Source of the DNA: Pseudomonadota bacterium
GTDB taxonomy: Bacteria > Bdellovibrionota > UBA1018
Direction of reading: 5' to 3'
Assembly: GCA_027485695.1 (NCBI GenBank)
Contig: JAIXQO010000004.1
Location: forward strand, 110,056 to 174,055
DNA: 64,000 nt
A program made the translations under genes and the position numbers. This document shows, one piece after another, positions 18,441 to 27,163 of this stretch (the stretch's first letter is position 1; every line of letters starts with the position of its first letter). Under the pieces are notes generated by a model. It saw nothing but the letters and a program-made list of their open reading frames with translations. It made no database searches and was not told where the DNA came from.

Positions 18441-19655
18441 TTAGTGAGCCGTCCACTCGACGGATTTTAAATCAATGCCCTCTTTCGCCATCTCATAGAG
18501 TGGCGACAGATCGCGGAGTTTCTTGACCGCAGAAATCGTTTTCTGAATCGCGTAGTCGATCTCTTCGTCCGTCGTGAAACGGCCGACCGAGAAACGAATG
18601 CTCGTATGAGCAAGATCTTCGCCGACGCCAAGAGCTTTGAGCACGTAAGAGGGCTCAAGGCTTGCGCTCGTACAAGCGGAGCCGCTCGAAACTGCAAGTT
18701 CCTTCATCGCCATCATGAGCGATTCACCTTCGACGTAAGCAAAACTCACGTTCAAGTTGTTCGGAAGGCGCTCAGTCGCGTGCCCGTTTAGGTAAACCTC
18801 ATCGAGTTCGTTCTGGATTGCTTTCCAGAGGCGATCGCGCATTCCGGAGATGCGGGTCATCTCGTCCGCCATCACTCGTCCGGCGACCTCGCAAGCCTTG
18901 CCGAATCCGACGATACCCGCGACGTTGAGGGTACCCGAGCGCATGCCACGTTCATGGCCACCGCCGTGAACGATCGGAGCCAAACGAACGCGCGGGTTCT
19001 TACGGCGAACGTAGAGTGCGCCGACGCCTTTGGGTCCGTAGATTTTATGCGCGGTGATCGAGAGGAGATCGATGCCCATGGCTTCGACGTCGATCTTGAC
19101 CTTACCGACGGCTTGAACCGCGTCGGTGTGGAAAAACACGCCTTTTTCTTTGCAGAGCTTGCCGATTTCAGCGACCGGATTGATCGATCCGACTTCGTTG
19201 TTCGCAAACATGATGGAGACCAGGATCGTCTGGTCGGTCATCATTTCACGGAGCTTGTCGAGTTTCACTCGGCCCGTGTTGTCGATCTCGGCGTACGAGA
19301 TCTTGTAACCTTTGCGCTCGAGCGCTTCGACGGTGTCGAGGACGGCTTTGTGCTCGATGGGCGAAACGATGATGTGGTTGCCTTTTTCACGGTACATCTC
19401 TGCGATGCCCTGAATGGCGAGATTGTTCGATTCCGTAGCGCCGCTCGTGAAAATGATTTCCTTATCGCTTGCACCGATCAGGTTCGCAACTTGGGCACGG
19501 GCTTTTTCGACGGCCCCTTCGGCCGTCCAACCGTACTCATGGTTGCGGCTCGCGGCGTTGCCGAACACTTCCGTGAAATACGGAAGCATCGTTCTCAGAA
19601 CTTCTGGGTCGACCGGAGTGGTCGCGTGATAATCAAGATAGATTGGAAATTTCAT
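18441..19655 (-). CDS. iscS: Cysteine desulfurase IscS
   Basis: [12 protein letters not shown], the PLP-lysine region [17 protein letters not shown] and the active-site SSGSACTS. 404 aa. Confidence 0.95.
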   Translation of the reverse strand: MKFPIYLDYHATTPVDPEVLRTMLPYFTEVFGNAASRNHEYGWTAEGAVEKARAQVANLIGASDKEIIFTSGATESNNLAIQGIAEMYREKGNHIIVSPIEHKAVLDTVEALERKGYKISYAEIDNTGRVKLDKLREMMTDQTILVSIMFANNEVGSINPVAEIGKLCKEKGVFFHTDAVQAVGKVKIDVEAMGIDLLSITAHKIYGPKGVGALYVRRKNPRVRLAPIVHGGGHERGMRSGTLNVAGIVGFGKACEVAGRVMADEMTRISGMRDRLWKAIQNELDEVYLNGHATERLPNNLNVSFAYVEGESLMMAMKELAVSSGSACTSASLEPSYVLKALGVGEDLAHTSIRFSVGRFTTDEEIDYAIQKTISAVKKLRDLSPLYEMAKEGIDLKSVEWTAH

Positions 19656-20148
19656 GGCTCGAGTCTCCGAGTGTTTCTCTCCCGACGGTGATCCCGCTGG
19701 CGATCGCCACGGGCTGAGTTTCCGCCATTAATTCCATCAGAGGGATTTCAGCGAGGAAGCTGCGCACGCGCTCGTTGATACCGCCCATGATGTCCTGCAT
19801 TCCGCAAAGCTTCTGGTATTCACAACCACAGCTCGGATTCGACGCTTGAACCGGAGCCGCACAAGCGACGATCGCCTGGGGTCCTTCCATCAACTCCATG
19901 AAGCGACCGAAAGAAAAAGTTTCGATCCCTGCATTCAGCTGATAGCCGCCTCGCGCGCCTTGTTCCGAGAGAATGATCCCGGTGTCTTTTAAGCGCTGAA
20001 GGGTTTTCGCGGTGATTTCGAACGGAAGTTGATATCGATCGGCCACCTCGCGGGCGCTCGTCACCGACACGTCTTGACGGTTGCGCTTCTGGTGCATGTG
20101 CCGAAGAGCGATGAGTCCGTATTCGGTGGTTCGGTTCAGTTTCACCAT
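19633..20148 (-). CDS. iscR: Rrf2-family transcriptional regulator IscR
   Basis: Rrf2 helix-turn-helix ([11 protein letters not shown]...[41 protein letters not shown]) and C-terminal Cys ligands (CAAP...[10 protein letters not shown]). Confidence 0.8.
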   Translation of the reverse strand: MVKLNRTTEYGLIALRHMHQKRNRQDVSVTSAREVADRYQLPFEITAKTLQRLKDTGIILSEQGARGGYQLNAGIETFSFGRFMELMEGPQAIVACAAPVQASNPSCGCEYQKLCGMQDIMGGINERVRSFLAEIPLMELMAETQPVAIASGITVGRETLGDSSHEISNLS

Positions 20149-20434
20149 GGGGTGCCTCGATATTAGCCTGACGTTTCTGCGTTGCCTCTGAATTACGATA
20201 CCTAGGGTCTGATATCAATATGAAACTCCTAGGATCTTTACTTATCTACGATAGCATAAATCGGATATAATCAGAAGGCAGAAGTCCTTGACATAACTTA
20301 GATAATTGGATTTCGCACTTAGTCAAAAACAGTGCAGTTTTCCGCAGTTGAATCCGTTTTAAACTATTACAATTTACAATAAAGACACTGAAATCATTAC
20401 CTTTTTACTCACGCCCACCGATCCGTCACCCACC
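20149..20434 (-). promoter_or_regulatory. iscR leader/promoter region (AT-rich, palindromes)
   Basis: 285-bp AT-rich region upstream of iscR. It contains paired CCTAGG palindromes (TACCTAGGGTCTGATATCAATATGAAACTCCTAGGATC) that could be IscR operators. Confidence 0.3.
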
Positions 20435-21343
20435 TCAAGGGCGCGCGATGGCGCCTGGAAATTCCTCGAGCAAAAACCCGGAACGATTGACTGATTCGAG
20501 CACCCGATGTCGAAATGCTCCCCCCGTGTCGAATCGATGGCTCGTTCGGTAGGAATCCAGCCCTCTAAGGGGGACGATGTTTTGCCCGAAGGCCTGCTCA
20601 CGAAACGATGATGAAACAAACTGATCGTGGCTGAAAACATATCCAATCTCAAAAGAGCGGCTAGCGAGCCAACGAATGAGCGCGGCATTTGCGTTCACTT
20701 GTTCTGAAGTCAGATCTCCGAAAACCTGTTCGTTTTCTGAAACCGGAGCGCTGTACCAGTCGGGCAACCAAGGTGCGATGTTTTCAATGCCGATCGACCA
20801 AGGGTTTGCCTCGATCAAATGTCGCATGGTCGGAAATCGTCCAGCGCCACTGTAGTCCACTTGTCCAACCGCGTTTCTCGGCGGGGCGAGTACAAAAACA
20901 GTTCCGTCGCGGTCTACTATGAAATGCGCCCCGGGCGGCATACGACCGTACCGCCTCAGTGTCCCTTGCGCCTCGGCAGCAAAAAAATCTGATTCCCTGA
21001 GTCCTCTCTCTAGAGTGCCGAGCGCCATTGAATGCAAAACAACGATTCTTGGCTCTACAAAATGAAGTCGGGAATCATAGTCGCCCCGATAGAGTGTGCG
21101 AAGGTATTCCTCCGTGAACACCGCCGGATTTAGTGAGAATTGCGTCGGTGACTGGATCAACTCAAGTGACTCCCGAGTTCCATCGGGATTGGACCAGCGG
21201 ACCTGAACCTGCCTTGAAACAGAGGGAATCTCATTTTGAGGTTCCGTGACCACTCGCGAAGGATCCGAATCGGCGCAACCTAGCCAGTGTAAAACAAAGA
21301 ACAAAATCAAAATCGCGATCGAGCGCCTCATGAATCTCATCAT
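20435..21343 (-). CDS. Lipoprotein with N-acetylmuramoyl-L-alanine amidase (Amidase_2/AmpD-like) domain
   Basis: Lipobox LHWLGC. AHFIVDRDGTVFVLAPPRNAVGQV...WSIGIENIAPW matches the AHYLIDRDG...SIGIE pattern of Amidase_2. Confidence 0.5.
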   Translation of the reverse strand: MMRFMRRSIAILILFFVLHWLGCADSDPSRVVTEPQNEIPSVSRQVQVRWSNPDGTRESLELIQSPTQFSLNPAVFTEEYLRTLYRGDYDSRLHFVEPRIVVLHSMALGTLERGLRESDFFAAEAQGTLRRYGRMPPGAHFIVDRDGTVFVLAPPRNAVGQVDYSGAGRFPTMRHLIEANPWSIGIENIAPWLPDWYSAPVSENEQVFGDLTSEQVNANAALIRWLASRSFEIGYVFSHDQFVSSSFREQAFGQNIVPLRGLDSYRTSHRFDTGGAFRHRVLESVNRSGFLLEEFPGAIARP

Positions 21344-21396
21344 AGAGAATCATGAGGCCAAAGATCCAGCGCCGTTCAAGATTCCGAATCGAGTTT

Positions 21397-21879
21397 CTAT
21401 TTCTGTGCGCCCGACGAGTATCCCGGACAGGTTGGTACGGACTTGAGATCGCATTTCGATTCAAACGATAGCTTCTGCAAAAAAAGCCTTAAACTTGAGA
21501 GAAACTTACATTTTGGCAAAGCGGAAACAAACGACAGCGGGAATTGTCGTACTTCCAAGAGAAATTGGCGTTCATCCCCCGCCGGATTTTTTTCAAGAAG
21601 ATCGACGAGGGCCTGATCGTGCATCGCTTTTTTGCTGAATTCGCATGGACTCAGCGGAAATCCAGATTCCGAACCACGATCGGTTTCACCGAATACCCAT
21701 TGAAACAAAATGAGATCATCAGCCGGACGTTTGGGGTCCTCGCGATTCGGCATTTTGAGGTAATCCCGATCATAAGGTGAAACTGGAGAATTCGCTGGAA
21801 TATTGAAGCCCACGTCAACGGCATGCGAAGAGGCCACTGTCATCAAACATAAAACGAGTGTCACGCTCCATTGTTTCAT
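21397..21879 (-). CDS. Secreted hypothetical protein
   Basis: Signal peptide MKQWSVTLVLCLMTVASSHA. Confidence 0.35.
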   Translation of the reverse strand: MKQWSVTLVLCLMTVASSHAVDVGFNIPANSPVSPYDRDYLKMPNREDPKRPADDLILFQWVFGETDRGSESGFPLSPCEFSKKAMHDQALVDLLEKNPAGDERQFLLEVRQFPLSFVSALPKCKFLSSLRLFLQKLSFESKCDLKSVPTCPGYSSGAQK

Positions 21880-22002
21880 GATTAGGTTTTAAGTGAGTCG
21901 CATTAATAAATCAAATTTAAATATTTAATGAGTAAAATCAACTCTTGTAATGCCCGCTGCACAGAATTCAGAATGTGGGAGCTTCACCCTAAATGTGGGC
22001 AT

Positions 22003-22635
22003 TTACCATCGAAGCAGATAACGTCCGAGTACCCCACCCAGCACTGTGTACAAAAACAGAGGGCATGTAAAATGCCAGTACAACAGATGCTCAGGCTCTG
22101 CATTCGGACAGACGAACGCCAATGCAACGGCCCCGAGCGCCGCCGATGAAATTCCCGACATCAACCCGATCTTCGTACCGGAGACTGGAATCAATCGACG
22201 AAGCCAAAACAGCTGTGCACCGACGAATCCCAACCCAAGCAACCCAACACTCAGAGTGCAGGCCCAGCCCGGCTCACCTGTCTCGACGACTGGGTGATTC
22301 GAAAGTGGCCAAAAACCCAGTACTAGAAATGCGGAAACGAGCGTAGAGCTCGATATCCAAAACAGCGCTCGAGTCTCGCGACGTCCAGGCACGGCCGACG
22401 AAAACGCGTATGCAGCAAAAAGAACCGTCGACAGGATCGCCACAGCGAGTCCGAAAAAATAACTCGCCTGAAATTGGCCGCGAGCAGCATCCAAACGCAG
22501 GTGGAAAAACAACAACAGGCATGCGATTGCGTAAAAAACGCCCATCACCAACGCGATTCCGCTCATTCGAAAAGGCGATTTGACCTGCACTGGTTTTAAA
22601 TCTCTGACGAGTTTTTCCGTCCAACTATCCGTCAT
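22003..22635 (-). CDS. DUF1109-type membrane anti-sigma factor (NrsF-like)
   Basis: 210-aa six-TM protein. Its start overlaps the ECF sigma stop by 11 nt. This architecture and position are typical of the NrsF/DUF1109 anti-sigma family. Confidence 0.55.
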   Translation of the reverse strand: MTDSWTEKLVRDLKPVQVKSPFRMSGIALVMGVFYAIACLLLFFHLRLDAARGQFQASYFFGLAVAILSTVLFAAYAFSSAVPGRRETRALFWISSSTLVSAFLVLGFWPLSNHPVVETGEPGWACTLSVGLLGLGFVGAQLFWLRRLIPVSGTKIGLMSGISSAALGAVALAFVCPNAEPEHLLYWHFTCPLFLYTVLGGVLGRYLLRW

Positions 22636-23218
22636 GGCGCTTTACCTCTTGAATGCGTTTCTGCACCGTTTTGATCGCTCGGTGAATGGTCACCTTCACG
22701 TCCGAAATCGAAAAACCTGTTTTTAGTGCCGCCTCTTGTAGCGAAAGTCCGCTTACTTTGACTAGTTCAAGAACGAGCCGCTGTTTTTTTGGCAAGAGCT
22801 CCAGCACCTCCTGAATATCCATCGGGCGCTCCGGCGAATCCATTTGTGGCGCCTCGAGCGTGTCCAAAATTCCGGATTCTTCTACAGAGATCGAACTCGC
22901 CTGCTTCTTACTAAACCTCATGTAATCGATCACTTTGTATCGCGCGATCGCATACATCCACGGCAAAAAATATTGGCTCGGATCATAAGTATCTCGCTTG
23001 CTATGAATCCCGAGGAGAATTTCCTGAATGACATCCTCACATGCAGATGAACTCATCAATCCAGCCCTGGCCAAGGCATTCCGCACAAATGGTTTGAGCA
23101 ATTCTTGAACACGATTCAGCAACAGCCGGTAGGATGCTTGCTGCCCCGATTGGGCCGCCCTCATCCACTCCGATAGCTCGCGTTCGTCCGCAGATTGAGA
23201 AAGCGATGAATCGCTCAT
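22625..23218 (-). CDS. ECF-family RNA polymerase sigma factor (sigma-F-like)
   Basis: Sigma-70 region 2 (DVIQEILLGIHSKRDTYDPSQYFLPWMYAIARYKVIDYMR) and region 4 (LPKKQRLVLELVKVSGLSLQEAALKTGFSISDVKVTIHRAIK). Start set to the ATG at 23218, which has a GAGGAGAA Shine-Dalgarno. Confidence 0.85.
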   Translation of the reverse strand: MSDSSLSQSADERELSEWMRAAQSGQQASYRLLLNRVQELLKPFVRNALARAGLMSSSACEDVIQEILLGIHSKRDTYDPSQYFLPWMYAIARYKVIDYMRFSKKQASSISVEESGILDTLEAPQMDSPERPMDIQEVLELLPKKQRLVLELVKVSGLSLQEAALKTGFSISDVKVTIHRAIKTVQKRIQEVKRHDG

Positions 23219-23362
23219 TCTTCTCCTCTGATCATTCGTCGATATGCCTGGCAAAGTTACACTCATTGAAGCGGATTTCGGGCCACTAAGCCACCGCAAA
23301 CGAAAATCGAGGCGAACGGCTTGCACCGTTCACCTCGAACGTCATTTCGCTACTCAGTTCGA

Positions 23363-24043
23363 CTAGCGAATTCGCTCTATTTTCACCAATGCTGCGATAT
23401 TCCCCCAGCCGATTACCTCCGGAGCATTTCCGCGAGGATTCAAGCCGCGGTCATAGCTGATTTTGCCTTCGGCCCCGTCGACGGGATGTCCGCCAGCACC
23501 GAAGTCTTCGATGTTGCCGGTGTTTTCTTCCGAGCCGGCGTCAAAATTAGAAGCAGCTTTTATGAAAACGCTGCCTACCGGAATCGCATCCAAACGAATT
23601 CCTTGAAGCGATACGAACGAATCATTACTGCGTCCGATCATCGAAGCGAGGCTCAGCACCGCTCCGTTCTGCAACGCTTTCGATGCCAAGGTAAAATCGA
23701 CGACGCGGGATTCCGAAGCAGGAATCGGCCCGCCCGCCGCCTTGAAAACTCCCATCGTCCTCGGGGACATTTTGAGTTCGGACTCGAGCTGGCTGGAGTC
23801 TCCCTTTTCAGCAATGAGCGCGATACCAGGACTTGCCGGCGTGCCCACCGAGAATAGCGGTGTTCCAGGAACAGAGACTGCGACCAGATAAGGAGACAGA
23901 CCATTACCCGCCGTCACATTCTGCACGGTGACACGGAACTGTGCCATTCGCGCGGAGGTCGCTTGCGCGTTTTCGACTGAGATCAAGGCAATAGACAGGG
24001 CGGCAACGGCAAACAAAGGTTTGTTCAAAAAAATGTGTTTCAT
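23363..24043 (-). CDS. Secreted Spondin_N-like protein, first gene of the sigma/anti-sigma operon
   Basis: Signal peptide MKHIFLNKPLFAVAALSIALISVENAQA, then a roughly 190-aa beta-rich domain (FRVTVQNVTAG...LSP). The Spondin_N assignment is from memory. Confidence 0.4.
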   Translation of the reverse strand: MKHIFLNKPLFAVAALSIALISVENAQATSARMAQFRVTVQNVTAGNGLSPYLVAVSVPGTPLFSVGTPASPGIALIAEKGDSSQLESELKMSPRTMGVFKAAGGPIPASESRVVDFTLASKALQNGAVLSLASMIGRSNDSFVSLQGIRLDAIPVGSVFIKAASNFDAGSEENTGNIEDFGAGGHPVDGAEGKISYDRGLNPRGNAPEVIGWGNIAALVKIERIR

Positions 24044-24100
24044 AAGACCCCCTCGGGTTTTGGTAGAGAAATGGAACTGCGTTTACTGCTCATTTACTCA

Positions 24101-24126
24101 TTCGCGACACAGGACCGGAGGTTACA
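24101..24126 (-). promoter_or_regulatory. ECF-type promoter motif TGTAACC-N15-CGAATG driving the spondin-like/sigma/anti-sigma operon
   Basis: Minus strand reads TGTAACCTCCGGTCCTGTGTCGCGAATG, i.e. GTAAC-N16-CGAA, about 58 nt upstream of the ATG at 24043. Confidence 0.45.
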
Positions 24127-24187
24127 AATCTTTTGAAAAGATTCTTTATCGGTCGAATCTGCCCGAAATTCGGGGACTTAGATTTTT

Positions 24188-24213
24188 TGTAACTTTTGCT
24201 GCTCAAGCGCGAA
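24188..24213 (+). promoter_or_regulatory. ECF-type promoter motif TGTAACT-N15-CGAATG driving the bufferin-like operon
   Basis: TGTAACTTTTGCTGCTCAAGCGCGAATG has the same GTAAC-N16-CGAA(TG) architecture as the divergent motif. An AAGGAG Shine-Dalgarno at 24225-24230 sits 10 nt before the ATG. Confidence 0.45.
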
Positions 24214-24240
24214 TGAGCTTTTACAAGGAGTCCTCAGACT

Positions 24241-24513
24241 ATGAACCAGAAAAAGATGATGATGATGAGCACTGCAATCGCCGGCTTAATGACTGCCGGA
24301 GTGGCCCTGTCCGTTTCGAATGCATCCGCAGCCGAAGCGACCGGCCATTGTATGGGAGCAAACGCCTGCAAAGGCCAAAGCGGCTGCGCTGTCAAAGGCC
24401 AAAACGAGTGCAAAGGCCACAATAACTGCAAAGGCAAAGGGTTCATCGAAACCACCAAAGCGCAGTGCGAGCGGATTTCGAAGAAAGATAAGAACATTAA
24501 ATTCGAGAGCTAA
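24241..24513 (+). CDS. Cys-rich signal-peptide precursor (bufferin-like RiPP precursor, 6-Cys type)
   Basis: Sec signal peptide ending ASA, then core AEATGHCMGANACKGQSGCAVKGQNECKGHNNCKGKGFIETTKAQCERI. It has six Cys in CxG/CKG repeats. It sits immediately upstream of the DUF692 and DUF2063 genes. Confidence 0.6.
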   Translation: MNQKKMMMMSTAIAGLMTAGVALSVSNASAAEATGHCMGANACKGQSGCAVKGQNECKGHNNCKGKGFIETTKAQCERISKKDKNIKFES

Positions 24514-24561
24514 ACAAAACTCTTTCTCGCCATTCAAACACACCAACGGAGGGCCCGAGCC

Positions 24562-25419
24562 ATGCTTCCTCACTCTGCCGATTCCAACTCACGACGGGAT
24601 CTCGGTGTCGGGATCGGGCTCAGGCCCCCCCATTACTCCGAAGTCCTCCAGCAAAGGCCCAAGCTTGCTTGGTTCGAAGCGATCAGCGAAAACTACCTGA
24701 CTTTTGATGAACGCGGTCCAGGCGCGGCGCTCGTGAGCCTGGAAAAGATTCGCGCCGACTATGAAATTGTTCTCCACGGCGTATCTCTTTCGATCGGATC
24801 CGTGGATCCCATCTCAGTAAACTACCTCACTCACCTCAAGCAACTCTACGACCGCATACAACCCGCTTGGGTCTCTGACCACCTCTGTTGGACCGGTGTT
24901 CAAGACGAGAACCTCCACGATCTTCTACCGCTCCCCTATACTGAGGAGGCGTTGAATCACGTTTGCTCACGAATACAGTATGTCCAAGAGCGACTCGGTC
25001 GACGGATCTCTATTGAGAACGTCTCAAGCTACCTCACGTACACCCACTCCACTCTCAGTGAATGGGAGTTTCTCCGCGAAATTGCTCAGAGAACCGGGTG
25101 CGGCATCTTGCTCGATGTGAACAATATTTACGTCAGCTCGATCAATCATGGATTCTCGGCAACCGAATTTTTGAACGCGATTCCTCGAAGCGCCGTCACT
25201 CAGATTCACCTAGCCGGTCATTCGAAATCAGGAACTCTGCTCGTGGATACCCACGACAGCCCCGTCTGTGAATCCGTCTGGCAACTCTACGCCGAAACCG
25301 TGCGACGATTTGGCTCGATTCCGACGTTGATTGAGTGGGATGCAGAGCTTCCGACTCTTGGTCGCCTTCTTCAGGAAGCCGATCACGCCAAAAAGATCTT
25401 GGAGGAAACGCTTCGATGA
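24562..25419 (+). CDS. DUF692 / MbnB-like multinuclear non-heme iron oxidase (MNIO)
   Basis: GVGIGLRPPHY...LHGVSLSIGS...VSDHLCWTG...LLPLPYTEE...ISIENVSSY...GCGILLDVNNIYVS...IHLAGH...LVDTHD...PTLIEWD are hallmark DUF692 motifs. Confidence 0.85.
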   Translation: MLPHSADSNSRRDLGVGIGLRPPHYSEVLQQRPKLAWFEAISENYLTFDERGPGAALVSLEKIRADYEIVLHGVSLSIGSVDPISVNYLTHLKQLYDRIQPAWVSDHLCWTGVQDENLHDLLPLPYTEEALNHVCSRIQYVQERLGRRISIENVSSYLTYTHSTLSEWEFLREIAQRTGCGILLDVNNIYVSSINHGFSATEFLNAIPRSAVTQIHLAGHSKSGTLLVDTHDSPVCESVWQLYAETVRRFGSIPTLIEWDAELPTLGRLLQEADHAKKILEETLR

Positions 25420-26243
25420 GCGATCGACCACCGTCTCTCTCAGAACTTCAGCACTGGATGAAGTGGATCATCACCGATCCTCGCGGAACCGAAAACGCGC
25501 TTCGCGAGGCCGCGCCCACGGATGCTCAACCCATCCACCGCTATCAGTCACCTCCATTCGAGGCGCTTTCCTGGATTTCATCCGATAGCCACCGGGAGCG
25601 TGTCTCTCGAATCGACGTCTACGCCGAAGCGTACTTCGCTCGGATTCACGAGTCGATTTCACTCGATTACCCGAGGACCCGTGAATTTCTGGGGGACGAG
25701 TATTTCATGAAGCAAGTCGCGTCCTACCTCAAATATCATCCGTCTCGGACCCCGAACCTCGGAGAGGTCGGTCTGGCATTTCCGGATTGGCTGGGGTCTC
25801 AAGCGGTCGATCCATGGGAGGAATTCGCGGCTGATCTCGCTCGACTCGAACGCAATCGGATCTACGCGTTTTACGCGCCATTCGGGCCACCTTCCGATTT
25901 TAGCCGGCTCGCAACACTCACGGAATCCGACTGGGCTTCGCTCGTTCTGATCTTGGATCCTTCGGTATTTTTGATTCAAAGCTCATTTGAACTGCTCGAA
26001 TCCGAGCCTCGACGCGTAGCTGAAGCCCAATCTTTTGTGACTTACCGCGATTCCACTCTGTCCCCGATTTCAACGAGCATTCGAACGCAAGAACATTTCA
26101 TTTTCGAGCAATCCCAAAAAGGTATCCCGCTTCTCCGGATCATTGACCAGCTAGACGAAGCTGACTGTGGACTACAGGAAATTTTCGAGACGTGGGGAAA
26201 TCGAGGCGTGATAAAAACAATTCAACTGGAGACGAAAAAATGA
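25416..26243 (+). CDS. DUF2063 protein (MbnC/BufC-like MNIO partner)
   Basis: Start at 25416 overlaps the DUF692 stop as ATGA. Its position, size (275 aa) and N-terminal region (LSELQHWMKWIITDP) are typical of DUF2063 partners. Confidence 0.65.
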   Translation: MSDRPPSLSELQHWMKWIITDPRGTENALREAAPTDAQPIHRYQSPPFEALSWISSDSHRERVSRIDVYAEAYFARIHESISLDYPRTREFLGDEYFMKQVASYLKYHPSRTPNLGEVGLAFPDWLGSQAVDPWEEFAADLARLERNRIYAFYAPFGPPSDFSRLATLTESDWASLVLILDPSVFLIQSSFELLESEPRRVAEAQSFVTYRDSTLSPISTSIRTQEHFIFEQSQKGIPLLRIIDQLDEADCGLQEIFETWGNRGVIKTIQLETKK

Positions 26244-26695
26244 AATCGCTGATGGTACGATACAATGGAGTTCGCACGAAATTCGCTCACGGCGAGGATT
26301 TCCTCCTCTTCTTGATCCGCATGACACTGGGAATACTCTTCGCTCAGAGCGGTTGGGGCAAACTTCAAAACATTGCACGCGTGGTCGAATACTTTCAGCA
26401 GCTCGGAATTCCCGGCGCCGCGATTCAAGCCCCTTTTGTCGCGGGAGTCGAGTTTGTTTGTGGGATCACGCTGTTTTTAGGCATATTTTCGGCCATTTTT
26501 GCGATCCCTCTGGCTGGCATTATGGTCGTCGCTATGGTTACTGCAAGACGCGACGACATCGACTCTATTAAGTCGCTGACTGAGGTAACGGAGTTCCTCT
26601 ACTTGCTCTTGCTCTCGGTCATCATCGTGCGAGGCTCCGGCAAGTGGTCGATTGGGTACTGGATCGCGCGAAAACAGAATGTCTCCGGAAAATAG
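26240..26695 (+). CDS. DoxX-family membrane protein
   Basis: Four TM helices. FLLFLIRMTLGILFAQSGWGKL is the DoxX signature. Start overlaps the DUF2063 stop as ATGA. Confidence 0.8.
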   Translation: MKSLMVRYNGVRTKFAHGEDFLLFLIRMTLGILFAQSGWGKLQNIARVVEYFQQLGIPGAAIQAPFVAGVEFVCGITLFLGIFSAIFAIPLAGIMVVAMVTARRDDIDSIKSLTEVTEFLYLLLLSVIIVRGSGKWSIGYWIARKQNVSGK

Positions 26696-26845
26696 GGATC
26701 TCTCCCCCTCGCTCGGTCATCCATTTCAGTACCTTCGAGTCCAAAAAAACAGGCCGCCCATCAAACGATGGACGGCCTTCCCCAATCGAAGACGCACTCC
26801 CCATACCCTATGTGTGCGCGTCCCCTTCTATAAACAAAGACTCAT

Positions 26846-26940
26846 CAGTAAAGCGATGCGTGAGCCTGAAAAACTAGAGCCAGCATCACCGTGAAGAGCA
26901 CGAAAGCGATCGATTTCAACGTTTCAATCACATTCCCCAT
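26846..26940 (-). CDS. 31-codon hydrophobic small ORF with strong RBS
   Basis: Minus-strand GAGGAGAA-N4-ATG GGG AAT GTG... encodes MGNVIETLKSIAFVLFTVMLALVFQAHASLY. A GGACCTGATTAGGTCC palindrome lies just upstream. Confidence 0.3.
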
Positions 26941-27163
26941 ACCGTTCTCCTCTCAGGACCTGATTAGGTCCGCAGCGGTGACTATCTAAGATGTTGCTAT
27001 GTGTCAAAACTATTTTCAACCGATGGTTTTTTGACTTCTCCATTGATTTCGGACATTTAAATGAATTCACTAGTGAGGAACGGATCAAAAGCCTGATGTT
27101 TCAGGCGGTTCAGGTCCTCAAGTTGGTACAGGTCGCGCCTGAAAATACCGATCGTTTTAGAGC

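Noticed and set aside
18954-19691. 245-aa plus-strand ORF
   Set aside because: Antisense to iscS. Spurious shadow ORF.
21880-22002. Direct repeat AATGTGGG x2 and AT-rich spacer upstream of a secreted-protein gene
   Set aside because: An 8-mer direct repeat is too short to be significant. Probably just a promoter region.
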